Source: the human T2T-CHM13v2.0 reference genome, Homo sapiens
Direction: 5' to 3' (one strand)
NCBI RefSeq assembly: GCF_009914755.1
Contig: NC_060928.1
DNA length: 64,000 bases
Shown: positions 15,700-32,826 of the stretch, one piece after another
Layout of the letters: every line of letters begins with the position of its first letter
Position numbering within the stretch: the first letter of the stretch is position 1
Made by a program: the position numbers and the translations under genes
Notes under the pieces: model-generated
What the model saw: the letters and a program-made list of their open reading frames with translations, nothing else
What the model was told of the DNA's origin: nothing
Databases searched by the model: none

Positions 15700-15768
15700 G
15701 CTGGAGTCTCTCTGAATCTGCTGTGATTCTGAAGGCTGCCTGATAAAAAAAAAAAAAATTTTTAAAAA
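15700..15768 (+). mobile_element. 45-nt MER57 LTR-derived segment with poly(A) tail and 7-bp TSD (short-RNA retrocopy)
   Basis: 15700-15744 matches 47165-47212 (3 mismatches, one 3-nt indel); followed by A14-T5-A6; agaggaa at 15693-15699 and 15769-15775. Confidence 0.8.
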
Positions 15769-17132
15769 AGAGGAAACTGAGGCAGATCTTCAAGGGCCTT
15801 GTTTGCCTGCTAGAGGACCCCTGAAAGGCCTGGAGAGCTATTTCTTTCATCTCCTATGCCATCATTTCCTGTTTCCTATGTACGAAGGAGGTGCCTCAGT
15901 TTATGTGAAACCTATTTCTAGCGTGGTTGCACTCAAATTCCATCAGTGATGTTTAGAGTCATCATAAATACAAACTACCAGGAAAAGGAGGGAGACTGAC
16001 AGTGATTGAATATCTCCCTTTTGGTGTCTGAAGCTTAGTTTGCATTAACAATGGAATCACTACAACCACCCTGAGCAGTGAGTAGGTGAGTGCAGTTAAC
16101 ATGTGCATTTTACAGGCTGGAGCACTGATGCTCAGAGGAATTACATCATTGCTCAAAATCACACAGATGGTAGAGTCAGGATTTGAACTCAATCCACCTA
16201 CCCCAGAACCTGGGGGTTCTTGCAGTGAGAAGAATGGACTTCTCTGTTCTTGCTTTTCCTGATTCCTCTGAGTACGCCAAGTGGCTTGGATCACTTGATT
16301 CTCCTTCCTCTGAAGAGCAGTGACAGCAGAACCTTATCTACGTGTTAGGTGTAGACAATCAGACAACTGCAGTACCAGTTCTTCTTTCCAAAGCCTCTTG
16401 GATGATTGTGAACCATGGCTAACACTCTTCTTTGCTTTTGTCAACTGGCCAGGCAGCAAAGAGGACACCTGGGCTTTGCTGATAAACTTAGGAATCTGGC
16501 ACCTATCCTGCAGCCTGGAGAGAATTTATTTTCTCTTGGGGTGCTTGTGTGCTGCTTCTTTGCCAGGGCTTGGCTAGGGAAAGGCTGCATCATGCTTGTG
16601 GCACACAGAGCAAAGCTATGAGGATGTGAGTGGCCCCAGGTCTCAGTGATTTGAAATAAAGGGTGGCAGATGCAAATAAGATTTAGACACAGTGAAAATC
16701 TCCGGCTATATAAGGTGGAGACAGAGGACAGGGGTTAGGCATTTAAAACCCAGAAGTAGATGGAAAATTAATACCATCCTAATGCCTGATGGAACTATGT
16801 AAATAGTCACTCTCATTGTGTTTGCTGCTGTCAGTGCTTGGTTCTTTCTTGACATTTGTGTATTTTCTCAGATGGAAATACCTAGCCTGCTCTCCAGGAA
16901 AGAAGGCAAGGAGGTGCTCTCAGTTTCTGTGTCTGGATGAGTTATTTTTTTTCAGTAAGACTTGGTGCCCTGTGTATGTGTAGAGAGGGATGGAGAGAGG
17001 GGGATAGTTGCACATCAATGGCAGACGCAGTTTTGCCTCATCTTGGTGCTCCTGAGGAGGGAGAGATTAGAGCTTTGTGGTTTATTTGGGGGACAAGTTC
17101 TTAGTTTGAGGAAGAAAAGGGTATTAAATGAC

Positions 17133-17511
17133 TGTCTTCGTCCATTTTATGAATACTAACAGACTAGATAATTTATAGTGAATAGAAATGTATTCGGCCC
17201 ATGGTTCTGGAGGCTGGGAAGCCTGAGAGCATGGCATCGGCATCTGACAAGGGCCTTCATGCTGTGTCATCCAGTGGCAGAAGGCAGAAGGGCAAAAGGG
17301 AGTAAGAATGAGATCAAGAGAAGGCCGAGCTCACTGTTATAAAAAGTATGCTCTCCCAGTAATGAACTCGCCCTGACAATAATGGCATCAATCCATTCGT
17401 GAGGGCAGAGACCTCATGGCCTAATCACCTCTCAACATGGTTGCATTGAGATGTGACACATGAACAAGTTTCCAACACATGAACTTTGGGGGCCATATTC
17501 AAACCATAGCA
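17133..17511 (-). mobile_element. MaLR solo LTR (MST/MLT1A-like)
   Basis: TG...CA ends (caaaccatagca), ttctggaggctgggaag motif, perfect 5-bp TSD atgac. Confidence 0.92.
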
Positions 17512-17999
17512 ATGACCCTTGATGACCCAGGACCCACCCCTTTTATAATTTTATCACTCTTCCATTCATATCATTCATTCAACAGATATATATTGGCTTT
17601 GGTTGCAAAAGTGGAAAGGAAAGCATCCTTTGTATCAATCAGAAAGGAACATGTCAATGGATTTCCCGTAACTGCTGACTTCACTCCCAACATTTCCCAT
17701 GGTGGCCTCTGGAGTCTCTCCCCAGTTGTTGACCCTCCCTTCAACTCTCCACCTCCCAACCCGAAGGGAAACCAGACTCTAGCTTGAGGACCTCATTTAC
17801 CCTGCAGCTCTTTTGAGAGGAGGGAGCTTCTTTCTCTGCATTCAACAACCCAGCTTAGAGCAGGTATAATCCCCATGCTCCTCATTGGGATTTTTAGTTC
17901 CACTGGGGCTCTGCCCATTTCCACAATACCCTGCCCCCTTGCACTCTTGTTGTCCTTGTCATTTGCTGACCTCCTGGTAATTCCCACATGCATCCATGG

Positions 18000-19860
18000 G
18001 CACCGCAGGCACCTGGCTCACTGTTTTTTTCTCCATTCTGGATGCATTACCCCCCAGGCCCTGCTCCCTCTCTTGGTTGTCACTGCTCAGGCCCTGCTCC
18101 CTTTCTTGGTATGCTCTAACATACCTTCTCCTCCTTCCTTAGACCTCCAACACCTCCTTCCTATCCTCACTCTCAGCTCATAATGTAGCCTTCTGTTTCA
18201 CTGAGAAAATAGACGCCAACAGAAAAGATGCTCCTGCCAGCCTCCTGTCCACACATCTGCACTCTCTGCCTCCCCACCCATGACTTCTCTGCACTCTTTC
18301 TTTGGCCAGTCCTGCTTGCCTTCACCCTGCAGGGGCTTCCTCTTTCCTGCATCACCAGTTTCCCTCCCTCTTTTGGCTCATTCCCATCAACATACAAGTG
18401 TCCTATAAAACCCCCCACCTTTAAGATATAGAACTGCTTTTGACCCCAGCAGCCTCCAGCTGTGGCTCTATGTCTCTGCTCCTAACACAACTCCTGGAAG
18501 CAGCTGTCTCCACTTCTTGTCCTCCAATTCTCTCTTGAATGCACCCTAAGCTATCCTTTGTTCCCATACCACTACCTAGAAACGTGTCTTGTCAAGGATC
18601 ATAGTGGCTCCCTCCTCCATGGCCATATCCAGGGTCTTATCTTAGTCCTCACTGTTCCTTACTCCCTACATGCCATGAGCCACCAAATGCTGTCAATTCT
18701 GGCCCTTAAATCTCTTGCCCATCTGTCCCCCTCCTCTCTGTCAACACTGCCCCGCCCTAGTTCAGACCTTGGCCCTTTTCACCTTCCCTGTTATAATAAA
18801 TGCCCTCTTTACCTGTCTCCCAGCTACAGCTTTTCCCCTCCCCAAATACTCCCTCCCTGCTTCCCTCACAGATGCCAGAATGACCCAATCACCTCCTATC
18901 CTTCAAATCCAATGTTTGGGAATTCTAAAGCTCTTCCTTATTTTTTTTGACTCCTCTACTGACTACTCATTTCCTGAAACTTTCTCCCAACTTAGATGTG
19001 TCACTTCCTCTCTCAGAATTCTTCAGTGACTCCAGCACCTACAGGACACAGTGAAATCTCTCTTCCTGGAGTACCAGATTCCTCACAATCTAGCTCCGGA
19101 CCCTGCTAAGCCTCTCCTCCTTACCGCTTTTTCCCCTGAATTTCTCTCCTAGCCCCTGTGGTTCTTCTGAATTTCCATCTCTCTTTGCACACAATGCTTC
19201 CTCTGGCTTGGATGCCTTCTCCCTCCCCTGCCTCCACTTCATCTTCCAAGTCTGTTGTCTCATTTTTCTCCCACAAATGTTTATAGCATTCCTTCCTTGT
19301 GCTAGACTCTGTCACAGCCCCAGAGTCTGAAGCCTCCTGCACCTCTATTGCAATCTCTCTGCTATCTGGCCCATCTGTTTCCCAGGGATTTTCATATTGC
19401 ATAATTGTTGGCTTGCATGATTTTTTTTTTAAGAGGCATGGTCTTATTCTGTTGCCCAGGCTGTGGCACGATCATAGCTCATTGAAACCTCAACCTACTG
19501 GGCTCAAGTGATCCTTTTACCTGGGCCTCCCAAAATGTTGGAATTACAGGTGCAAGCCATCCCACCTGGCCTTGCTTGTATTCTTTTTTTCTTCTCACTA
19601 ACCACAGCCTCTCATGTTTTTTGTTTTTTTTTTTGTCTTTTTTTTTGTTGTTGTTTGTTTGTTTTTTGTATTTTAGTAGTGATGGGGTTTCACTATGTTG
19701 GCCAGGCTGGTCTGGAACTCCTGACCTCGTGATCCGCCCACCTCGGCCTCCCAAAGTGCTGAGATTACAGGTGTGAGCCATTGCACCCTGCCAGCTTTTC
19801 ATTTTTGTGCCTCCAGAGTCAAGTCTGTGTTTGGCCCATGGTAGGTAATAAGTCAACATT
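18000..19860 (+). mobile_element. L2 fragments, with Alu monomers at 19421-19571 and 19615-19792 (minus strand)
   Basis: Pyrimidine-rich L2 body ending in catttgttgaaag tail; reverse Alu arm sequences. Confidence 0.6.
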
Positions 19861-20037
19861 TGTTGAAAGGATCAACGATGAATGAGCTATGCTAGAGGCC
19901 CCCAGTAATCGGGACTCTGGTATCTGAGCCACTGCCTCCTAGTTTTCCCATATGGTACATGGCAGGAGTAATATGTTGCCTTTGGGGAGCTTCACTGAGG
20001 ACTCTAATCAGGATCCCACGTATCAACAAGGATGCTC
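19836..20037 (+). repeat. Copy 1 of a ~200-bp dispersed direct duplication (copy 2 at 23440-23642)
   Basis: Manual alignment: ~27 mismatches and 1 gap over ~203 bp. Confidence 0.93.
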
Positions 20038-20469
20038 TTAGAGCATTTTGTCTTTTCTATTAGAATGCCAGTTTTCTGCTTGTATTCTATCAATCCTCAC
20101 TGAGGGATAGAGCCTGGCCTCCCATGGGGTGAGGGTAGGAGGCGAGCTTGGATTTTTGGATCCATCTGATCAGTTTCCTCCACAAAGATGGGAGACAATG
20201 GAGGGGAGAACCCTTTAGGGCAGAGCCCATGCCTGGTCTTCATTTCCCAGGATCTCACTGAATTGGTGGTGCTCAGTGCAGCCTCCAAGAAAGGTTTGCT
20301 GAGTGAATGATGAAGCCCTGTTTGCCTGTCACAGGTAATTTAATAGACTGCATGAGGCATATCAAAACAACTGGGAAATAGTTCCTTCTCTCAAAGATTC
20401 TACAATCTATTTGGGAAAAAAATGTATTGATTTGAATTTTAAAACTCCATGAAGAATGTTTTCCCCAAT

Positions 20470-21720
<1,251 letters not shown>

Positions 21721-22366
21721 TTGTCCTAATGTGATTTAGAGTCCAACCAAGAGCAAAGGTGAAATCCTCTTTAGGCGTCAGATTATGATTTCTTTCTTCA
21801 CCACACAATAAAAAAAAAAGGAGAGAAAGAAACTAAAGTCATCTCCCAGACGACTCTTGGCTCTTAGCTCCTGCTGAAGTTGGAGACCCTCATGGGATAT
21901 TAGATAGGATGGGAAAAAGGGAAGAGGGAAGGCGTGAAACACAGCTCCCTTTATTTTTCTTCTTATTCAAGTAGTATCTTTTTATCTTTGGAATTTGGAA
22001 AGCAGAGATGAGTGTGAAAAAAACTGCCCCAAAACTTATTCAGAGATAATCGCCTTGTATTTTGGTGTAGTTTAATCTTTGTTTCTTAAAAACAAGACAA
22101 ACTATATGTTTTTTGCTTTGTGTATAGGGATTCTTGTTGTTGTAATTACAAAAGCAACACATGGTCACTGTTGAAAGGGTTGGAAACATCAATAAGAAAA
22201 AGAAATGAGAATGAAAATTGCCCTCAGGGTCACCAAATAAACACCAAACAGTGTTGACATTAAAAGGTGTATTTTGTCTTCCTTGTTACTTCCCTCCTTT
22301 TTCATTTTCTACATGACACAAAGAAACAAAACTCCACAGATTTTTTTCATATTTTGTACCAAATTA

Positions 22367-23124
<758 letters not shown>

Positions 23125-23439
23125 CTAATCACAGGGTGGGGCCGTGTGGGGCAGAGCTGAGGAGCATCTGGACCAGGAGGGGTGGCCAAGGGGAGATGGG
23201 CCTGAATCTACCCTTGAGGGATAAAATTAGCTACATAAAAGAAAAGCAGGCAGATGGGGAAGTGGTGATGGTGGCAGAAACCATAAGGAGATTTTAAAAC
23301 CAGGGACTGGCATGTGCAGAAACATGGTGACATGTTGCCATCCTTTACCCTAGCCCAACAACACCCTGTACATAGAGGTTAGGATAAAAATTTGCTGAAT
23401 GGATGGATGATCAAATACAAATTTGATTTTATTTGGAGA

Positions 23440-23642
23440 CCATGGTAGGTAATAAATTAACATTTGTTGAAAGAATGAATGATGAATGAGCTACACTAGA
23501 GGCCCTCCAGTAATCAGGACTCCGGCATCTGAGCTGCTGCCTCCTGATTTTCCCACACGGCACATGGCAGGAGTAATATGCTGCTTATGAGGAGCTTCAC
23601 TGAGGACTTTAACTGGGATCCCAAATATCAACAAGGATGCTC
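23440..23642 (+). repeat. Copy 2 of the ~200-bp dispersed duplication
   Basis: About 86% identical to 19836-20037. Confidence 0.93.
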
Positions 23643-24234
23643 CCCTAGGCAAGATTTTCTCTGCTTCTTGGGTTGTTCTGCATTTGATGTTGTTAGAATG
23701 GGCAATGTCTGAGCTTGGCTGGCACAGAGAGACTTGAAGTTGGTTGTGCCCAGTTGGATCTGGTGCAGGAAGGGCTTGGCCATACATACTTCTTCAGCTG
23801 AATATTAATATTAATTGACATCTGAATGTTGGAGGTAGAATTCCTGCAAAACCAGTCCCAGGTGTTTCATGAAGCCTGGAGTGGGGTGGACTGAGTGGGG
23901 TGGGGTATTGCAAAGTTGTCACCTTTGACTGGTGTCAGGCTCTGGAGAGTAGGTCACAACAGTCACTGTCAACTCGGCCTCCTAATGAACCTCTAACCTG
24001 GCTTCCCTTCCTGCTTGCTTTGGAACCAGGCTGCCTGTTATCTTAAGGGCTTTCCATCTCTCTCTACCTCTCACTATACTAATCTCACTAAGTTATGACA
24101 GCAACCCCATGAAATGAATACCACAGACAAGGAAACTTGGTTTTGGAGAGGTGATGGGGCCACACAGGCCATTCAGCTGGTGAGTGGCAGAGCTCAATAT
24201 CAAGCCTTGGTGTTTGTCTCTTCAGAGTTTGTTC

Positions 24235-24594
24235 TCTTAGCAACTCAGTCCGTTTGGGCTGCTGTAACAAACTATCATAGACCGAGGGGCTGATAAACAA
24301 CAGTTTATTTCTCACAGTTCTGGAGGCTGGGACATCCAAGGCCAAGGCAGCAGAGTCAGTGTCTGATGGGGGCCCGTTTCCTGGTTCATGGATGGCCATC
24401 TTTTTGCTGTGTCTTCATGACAGGAATGGGGAGGGGGCTCTCTGGGCCCTCTCTTATAAGGACACTAATCCCATTCATGAGGGCTCCACATTTATTACGT
24501 AATTACCCCCACAACCTCTCCTCCAAATACCATCACATTGGGGTTTAGGAGCTGACATGAATTTTGGATGGGACACATTTAGTCTATAGTAGCA
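24235..24594 (-). mobile_element. MLT1A-like MaLR solo LTR
   Basis: gtccgtttgggctgctgtaacaaa...tttatttctcacagttctggaggctggga...agtctatag. Confidence 0.9.
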
Positions 24595-25286
24595 AGCACC
24601 CCACACCACTCCCTTTCAAACACCAGTTGGGCTCCTGTTGTGCCCTGGGCTAGCAGGTATCAGAGTCTTTAACCATTCATTCATTCATTTGTTTGCTGGC
24701 TTAACATCTTCCATCTCTTTGGGAATACAGTGCTCCTGAGGGCTGGGGCCTTACTCATTGTCATGTCACCCAGCCCCAGCACAGTTCCCGGTGTACAGAA
24801 CACCTTTAGTCAACCTTGGCTGAAGCACCGGCCCCATGAGTGCAGGGTTTTTTGCCCATTTTCTTTCCTAATGTATCCTTAGTGCCTGGAATGGTGCCTG
24901 GCCCTTACATAGGCACATAATAAATAGTTATTGAAAGAATCCATGAACGGAAGGAGCAAATGTTAGACTTTGGGATACAAAGGTGAATGACCATAGCCTG
25001 TGCTCTGGGAACTTCACTGTTGAATGGGGGAGGCAGGCATTAGGGATGAGGCAATAAGAGGAGAAGGAACTCGGAGTGACCAGAGCCACCTGCTGCCTGG
25101 CCACCAGGCCCTCCTATTGTCAGCAGGAAGATGTTGATAGGGGCTTTTCTAGGGGCTCGGGGTATGGCAGGTAATGAGACAGACAAAGTCCCTGCCTGCA
25201 AGGAGCTTATATTCTATTGGAATCATTTGCTGCCAGCTGGGGCCAGTTTGTTGATGGGTGAGGTTATGGCTTATAAAGGGAGAGTG

Positions 25287-25943
<657 letters not shown>

Positions 25944-26347
25944 TTAGTCGCTCAATCAGCAGAGACTTGCTGAGGCCTTCTGAAGACAGAGCCTTTGCTG
26001 GGTGCTTATTCCACATGGAAGGGAGCAAGAGTTTGCCCTCAGCCTGGTCAAATCAAGGAGATAAGAGACCCTCTCAGGCCCACTGAGAAACAGAAAAACA
26101 CCTTGGGGCTCAAAGTGCCCAAATTGCATAACAGAGAAGTGCCTGCTGGAGTTAGGAGAAGCTGGTCATAGGCAGAGAGCTTCTGGATTTCTTGGGTAGT
26201 GAGAGAGGTTCCATGTGACAGGAGTGTCAAGCACTTAATGCAGTCCACCACACAGAGTCGCTCAGGAAGCGGTTGCTGGTGCTCAAAGGCTGAGGGTCAT
26301 TGTGGGCTGAATGGCCCAGGAGCATCTTCACAGCCGAGCTATAAAAC

Positions 26348-26648
26348 CTGGAGCATGGTGGCTCACTTAACCCCAGTGCTTTGGGAGACCTACGTGAGAG
26401 GATCACTTGGGTCCAGGAGTTTGAGACCAGCAACATAGTGAGACCGTGTCTCTAAAAAAAAATTAAAAATTAGCTGGACATAGTGGCATGCACCTCTGGT
26501 ACCAGCTATTCAGGAGGCTAAGGCAGGAGGACTGCTGGAACCTGGGAGGTCAAGGCTGCAGTGAGCTATGATCACTATCTCCATGCCACTGTACATGAAG
26601 ACATGGAGTATGGGTGACAGAGCAAGACCCTGTCTCAAAAACAAAAAA
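26348..26648 (+). mobile_element. AluJ with a rearranged right arm
   Basis: ggaggtcaaggctgcagtgagctatgat J diagnostics. Confidence 0.93.
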
Positions 26649-26989
26649 CCAAATCTGGCTGCAACAAGCGACCTTCTGTCCTGCAGCAGGTCTGGAGAAA
26701 TGGGGATATAGGGCTGGTGACCCACCCCACCCCAGCATCATTTATTTACAAATTCACCCATTCATATGATGCATATTTACATGTGGTACTTTTACCATGA
26801 AATATCAGCTTAATCGGATTAATTACCTAAGAGTTTAACAAACAATTAACATTTATGACTTGATTTTTATAATAAGCCATATTGTAGCATAGCGTTAGGT
26901 TAGTTAGTGTTCACACATGAGGAGATTTTGACCAAAAGTCAATCCTTCTTCTAGGCCAGGGAGTAAAAGTCTATGTGCTCTTAGGAAAC

Positions 26990-27900
26990 CCACTCATTAT
27001 AGGATGTCAGCTCTGTGTCAGGCACTGACCTGGGCATTGGGACTTCTGCTCTCAAGGAGTTTGTTTTCTAGAGAAGGAGCTAGACAATAGATAAATAAAC
27101 AATAACTATATAGTGCTAGGGAGAAAAATTAGATAGCAGAGGAGGAGAGCAATAAAAATCCCAGTGTGTGCTGCCAGGGTGATCAGGGAACAGGGTGTCA
27201 CCTGTTCTCTGAGCAGGTGACATTTGAGCAGGGACCTGAATCCAGGGAGGGAGGGATCCTCATGGGTGTCCACCTGCTCCAGGGACCTATGGGGAGGAAA
27301 TCTGATTGTGTATATAACATGTTGATCATTCAGCAAAGGTTGGTGCCTCAGGGCTCACTGGTGTTAAGGTCATTGCTAGCCTTTGAGCATGTGACATCTC
27401 CAGGAACCCAAGATCGTGTGTCAGACAAAGAGGTAGAATGGTGGAGTGGAGTTGGGGAGCCATGTGGCTATCAGGAGGAAGCTCATTCCTGGGTAGAGAG
27501 AACAGCAAATGCAAAAACTGCGAGATGGGAAGGTGTTTGATATGTCCAAGCAATGGCAAGGAAGGTGGCGAGCCAGGAGGGTGGGTGGAGAAGGTGCACA
27601 CCGCAGGAGGGAGGTCGGCAGGACCAGACCTCATACTATGTTTTGGGCCATAGGAAGGACTTGAGATTTGTTCTAAGTGGGATGGGAGCCACAGGAGGGT
27701 GTAGGTTGCAGAAGGCTCATCCTGACTGCTGTGTGGAGAGTAGATGGGTGCAGGTGGGTTGTGAGCAAGAATGGAACCGGTGGTCACCCAGTAGGTATTG
27801 CAGTAGTGGCTGTGTGGCAGATGGCAGTGGGGGCCAGGTGGCAGTGGTGTAATGGGTGAGAGGTGGGAAGTCAGGTCAGGCAAACACCTAGGGCAGTCAA
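26990..27900 (-). mobile_element. L2 fragments
   Basis: gagcaggtgacatttgagcagggacctgaa and gaacagcaaatgcaaa motifs. Confidence 0.65.
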
Positions 27901-28126
27901 GAGGGAAGAGAAGTCACGGGGTATGGACAGGTCTGGTAGGGCTGGGCAGGGATGGTGTCCCTTTGTTAGTCGGGTGGGTGGGGTTGGCTACTGCAGATCA
28001 TTGCGGTTGCGTGGGTGGAAACCCCAGGCTCAGGTGCTGTGCCCCTGTTGTCTGGGCCCCGTGCTCTTGATCCTGTGACTCTACTTGGAGGTCACTGGCT
28101 TACTGAGCCTCCTCCAAAGAGATGAC

Positions 28127-28546
28127 TGCATTAATTTGCTGGGGCTGCCATAACAAAGTAGCATACACTGGGTGGCTTAAAAAACAAATTTATTCTCTCA
28201 CATTTCTGGAGGCTTGATGTTTGAGATGAATGTGTAGCCAAGGTTGGTTCCCTCTGAGTGTCATGAGAGAAGGACCTGTCCCAGGCTCCTGTCCTTGGCT
28301 TGCAGATGGCCACCTTCCCCCTGTGTATGTCTCCATCATCTTCCCTCTATAACTCTCTGTGTCCAAATTTCCTCTGCTTCTTCTAAGGACACCAGTTATA
28401 TTGGATTAAGGCCCATCCTAATAACCTCCTTTTAATTTAATTACCTCTTTTAAGACCCTGACTTCAAATATGGCTACATTCTGAGGTCCTTGGGGATGGG
28501 ATTCCAACATATGAGTTTTGGTGGGGACACAGTTCAGCCCATAAGA
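28127..28546 (-). mobile_element. MLT1B/C-like MaLR solo LTR
   Basis: ggctgccataacaaagta...ggggacacagttcagcccataa; TSD atga(c/t). Confidence 0.92.
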
Positions 28547-28555
28547 ATGATCCAT

Positions 28556-28880
28556 GGCACCCAGCGTGGTGGCTCACACCTGTAGTCCCAGCGCTTTGTG
28601 AGGCTGAGGCAGACAGATCACTTGAGGTCAGGAGTTCGAGACCAGCCTGGCCAACATGGCGAAACTCCGTCTCTACTAAAAATACAAACATTAGCTGGGA
28701 GTGGTAGCAGGGGACTGTAATCCCAGCTACTCAGGAGGCTGAGGCAAAAGAATCACTTGAACCTGGGAGGCGGAGGGGGCTGCAATCGCACCACTCTACT
28801 CCAGCCTGGGCGACAGAGGGAGACCCTGTCTCAAAACAAACAAACAAACAACAACAACAAAAAAAAACACAAAGAAACCC
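28556..28880 (+). mobile_element. AluS
   Basis: Perfect TSD aagaatgatccatg. Confidence 0.96.
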
Positions 28881-30401
28881 AAGAATGATCCATGGGCCCT
28901 GAGACGGGGTTTAGTGCTGGTTTGTCTTAGCTCATCTAAAGCACCAGGAGCTAGGAGGACACTCCCTCAGTCTCGGGCCCTTCCTGTAGCCTTCCTCTTC
29001 CGGTAACCCGGCCTTCCATTTCTGCCTCCTTTCCTGCCTGGGCTTGGAAACCCCTCTGCAGCACCAGCCTGAGTTGTTGTCAGTGGCTGTTGTTTTTACT
29101 GTCTGTCTTCCTTTCTTCCTCCTTCACTAGGTGAGCAGCCCCAGCCCCAGCAGTGGGGGACACTTTTCCCAGAGGGACGGCTCTTATGGGGCCACGTGAC
29201 TTCATCCTCAGGCCATTTCATCGCAGGAAGCCTGATGTACTCTGCAGTTTCTCAGTGTTCTGACCATCTTGAGACCAATAATATCCCAGTTTCCTTTTGT
29301 TGTTGATTTTGGCCTTGGATGAGCAAATGTGATTAGGCAAAGTGTGTGAGATAGGAGATTTCATACAGTATCTGATGAGTAACAGAATGAGCACTGCGGA
29401 GGACAGCACTGTTATTTTTACCATCTGTCCTGGCCCTCTTTTCTTTAGGAAGGGGCCTGGAGATGCCAGCACCATTGAGTTCCAGGGCACAGATATTCAT
29501 TGGATAATTACTACATTACATCCATCATCTGATTTACTTTCCATGTGTAACTGGATGAGGTGAGTATTTTCATCCTCATTTCAGATACGAAAAATCAGAG
29601 GCTCGAAAAGTTGAATTGATTTGCCCAAGGCCACATAGGAAAGGGAAGAGAAAGGATTTGAACCCAGGCATTGGACTGAAACCCAAAATGTTTTCATGCC
29701 ACCCTTCTTGCTCCTTTTCTGAAACAAGGAGCTCCAGCAGTGCAGGACCAGCCCAGATTAGGGGGCTGCAAAAGGGAGAAGGCCAATATGATGATTGAAA
29801 TAGGAGAAATAGGCCGGGCGTGGTGGTTCACTTGGAAGACTTACAGGATGACGACAGTAATAGAAGCCAAGACCTTTCCGTTTCTCCTCCTGGAAATTAC
29901 ACAAAAGCAACAAAGCAATACATACTCCTCTCCTCATCTCTAACCCTTCCCACGATTCACATTTTCAAGAATCTAAGAGGCAGAAATAATCCACAAATTC
30001 TACAATACCTGTAAGGGCTGCCCAAAATATCCAAGGTGAGACCTTACATGGGAGGAAGCACTGGTCTCAAGCTTGAGTGTCCCTTATCCAAAACGCTTGA
30101 GACCAGAAGTGTTTGGGATGTCTTTGGATTTGGAGATATTTGCATATACATCATGTAATAGCTTTAAAAACGGACCCCGGTCTAAACACAGAATTTATGT
30201 TTCACATCATCTTATACACCTAGCCTGAAGGTCATTTTGTACAATATTTTAAATAATTTTGTGCGTGAAACAAAGTTTGTGTATGTTGAACCATCAGAAA
30301 GCAAAAGTGTCCCTAGCCCTGCCACCCATGTAGATGATCCGTGGTTGTTTGGCATCACCATCATTCCTAACTTTTGAGTTTATATGTTATGGATAAATGA
30401 T

Positions 30402-30727
<326 letters not shown>

Positions 30728-31056
30728 TAAGCAATTATTTTCTGAAACTTATTCACACATAAGTACTTAGCAGTAAAAAATATGACACACCATTAATGCA
30801 GTGAGAAAATAAAATGTTCAGGGTAACTAAGCAGCACAGTAGCATCCCCAGAATACCCGCATCAGCTGGTAAACAACAGCGACAGGTGATTAACAGTAGG
30901 CGTTCAGTCTCCACCTACGATGCTGTGTTTTGATTAAAAGGTTACTGTGCACTGTATTTTATTTATTTATTTATTTATTTTTTAGGTAAGAAGAAATATC
31001 AGAAACAGTTGAGGGACCAGGAAGTGGGTCCTCCAGGGATGATGAAGATGGCTTTC

Positions 31057-31342
31057 CTTTTTTTTGTTTTTTTTTGTTTTTTGAGATGGAGTCTTGCTCT
31101 GTCACCCAGGGTGAAGTGGAATGGTGTGATTTCGGCTTACTGCAACCTCCACCTCCCGGGTTCAGGCAATTATCCTGCCTCGCCCTCCCGAGTAGCTGGG
31201 ATTACAGGCACCCACCTCCATGCTAGGGTAATTTTTATATTTTTCGTAGAGATGGGGTTTCACCATATTGGCCAGGCTGGTCTCGAATTTCTAATCTCGT
31301 GATCTGCCCACCTCAGCCTCCCAAAGTGCTGGGATTACAGGC
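31057..31342 (-). mobile_element. AluS, slightly 5'-truncated, inside Tigger
   Basis: Reverse Alu ending at gattacaggc. Confidence 0.95.
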
Positions 31343-31435
31343 TTTTCTAAACGCTTCCTCCACTGTCATCTGCCCCATTAATGATGGTTTTTGTCTTAGA
31401 AATCTCTCTTTGATTTTATAGACTGACATAATTTA

Positions 31436-32826
<1,391 letters not shown>

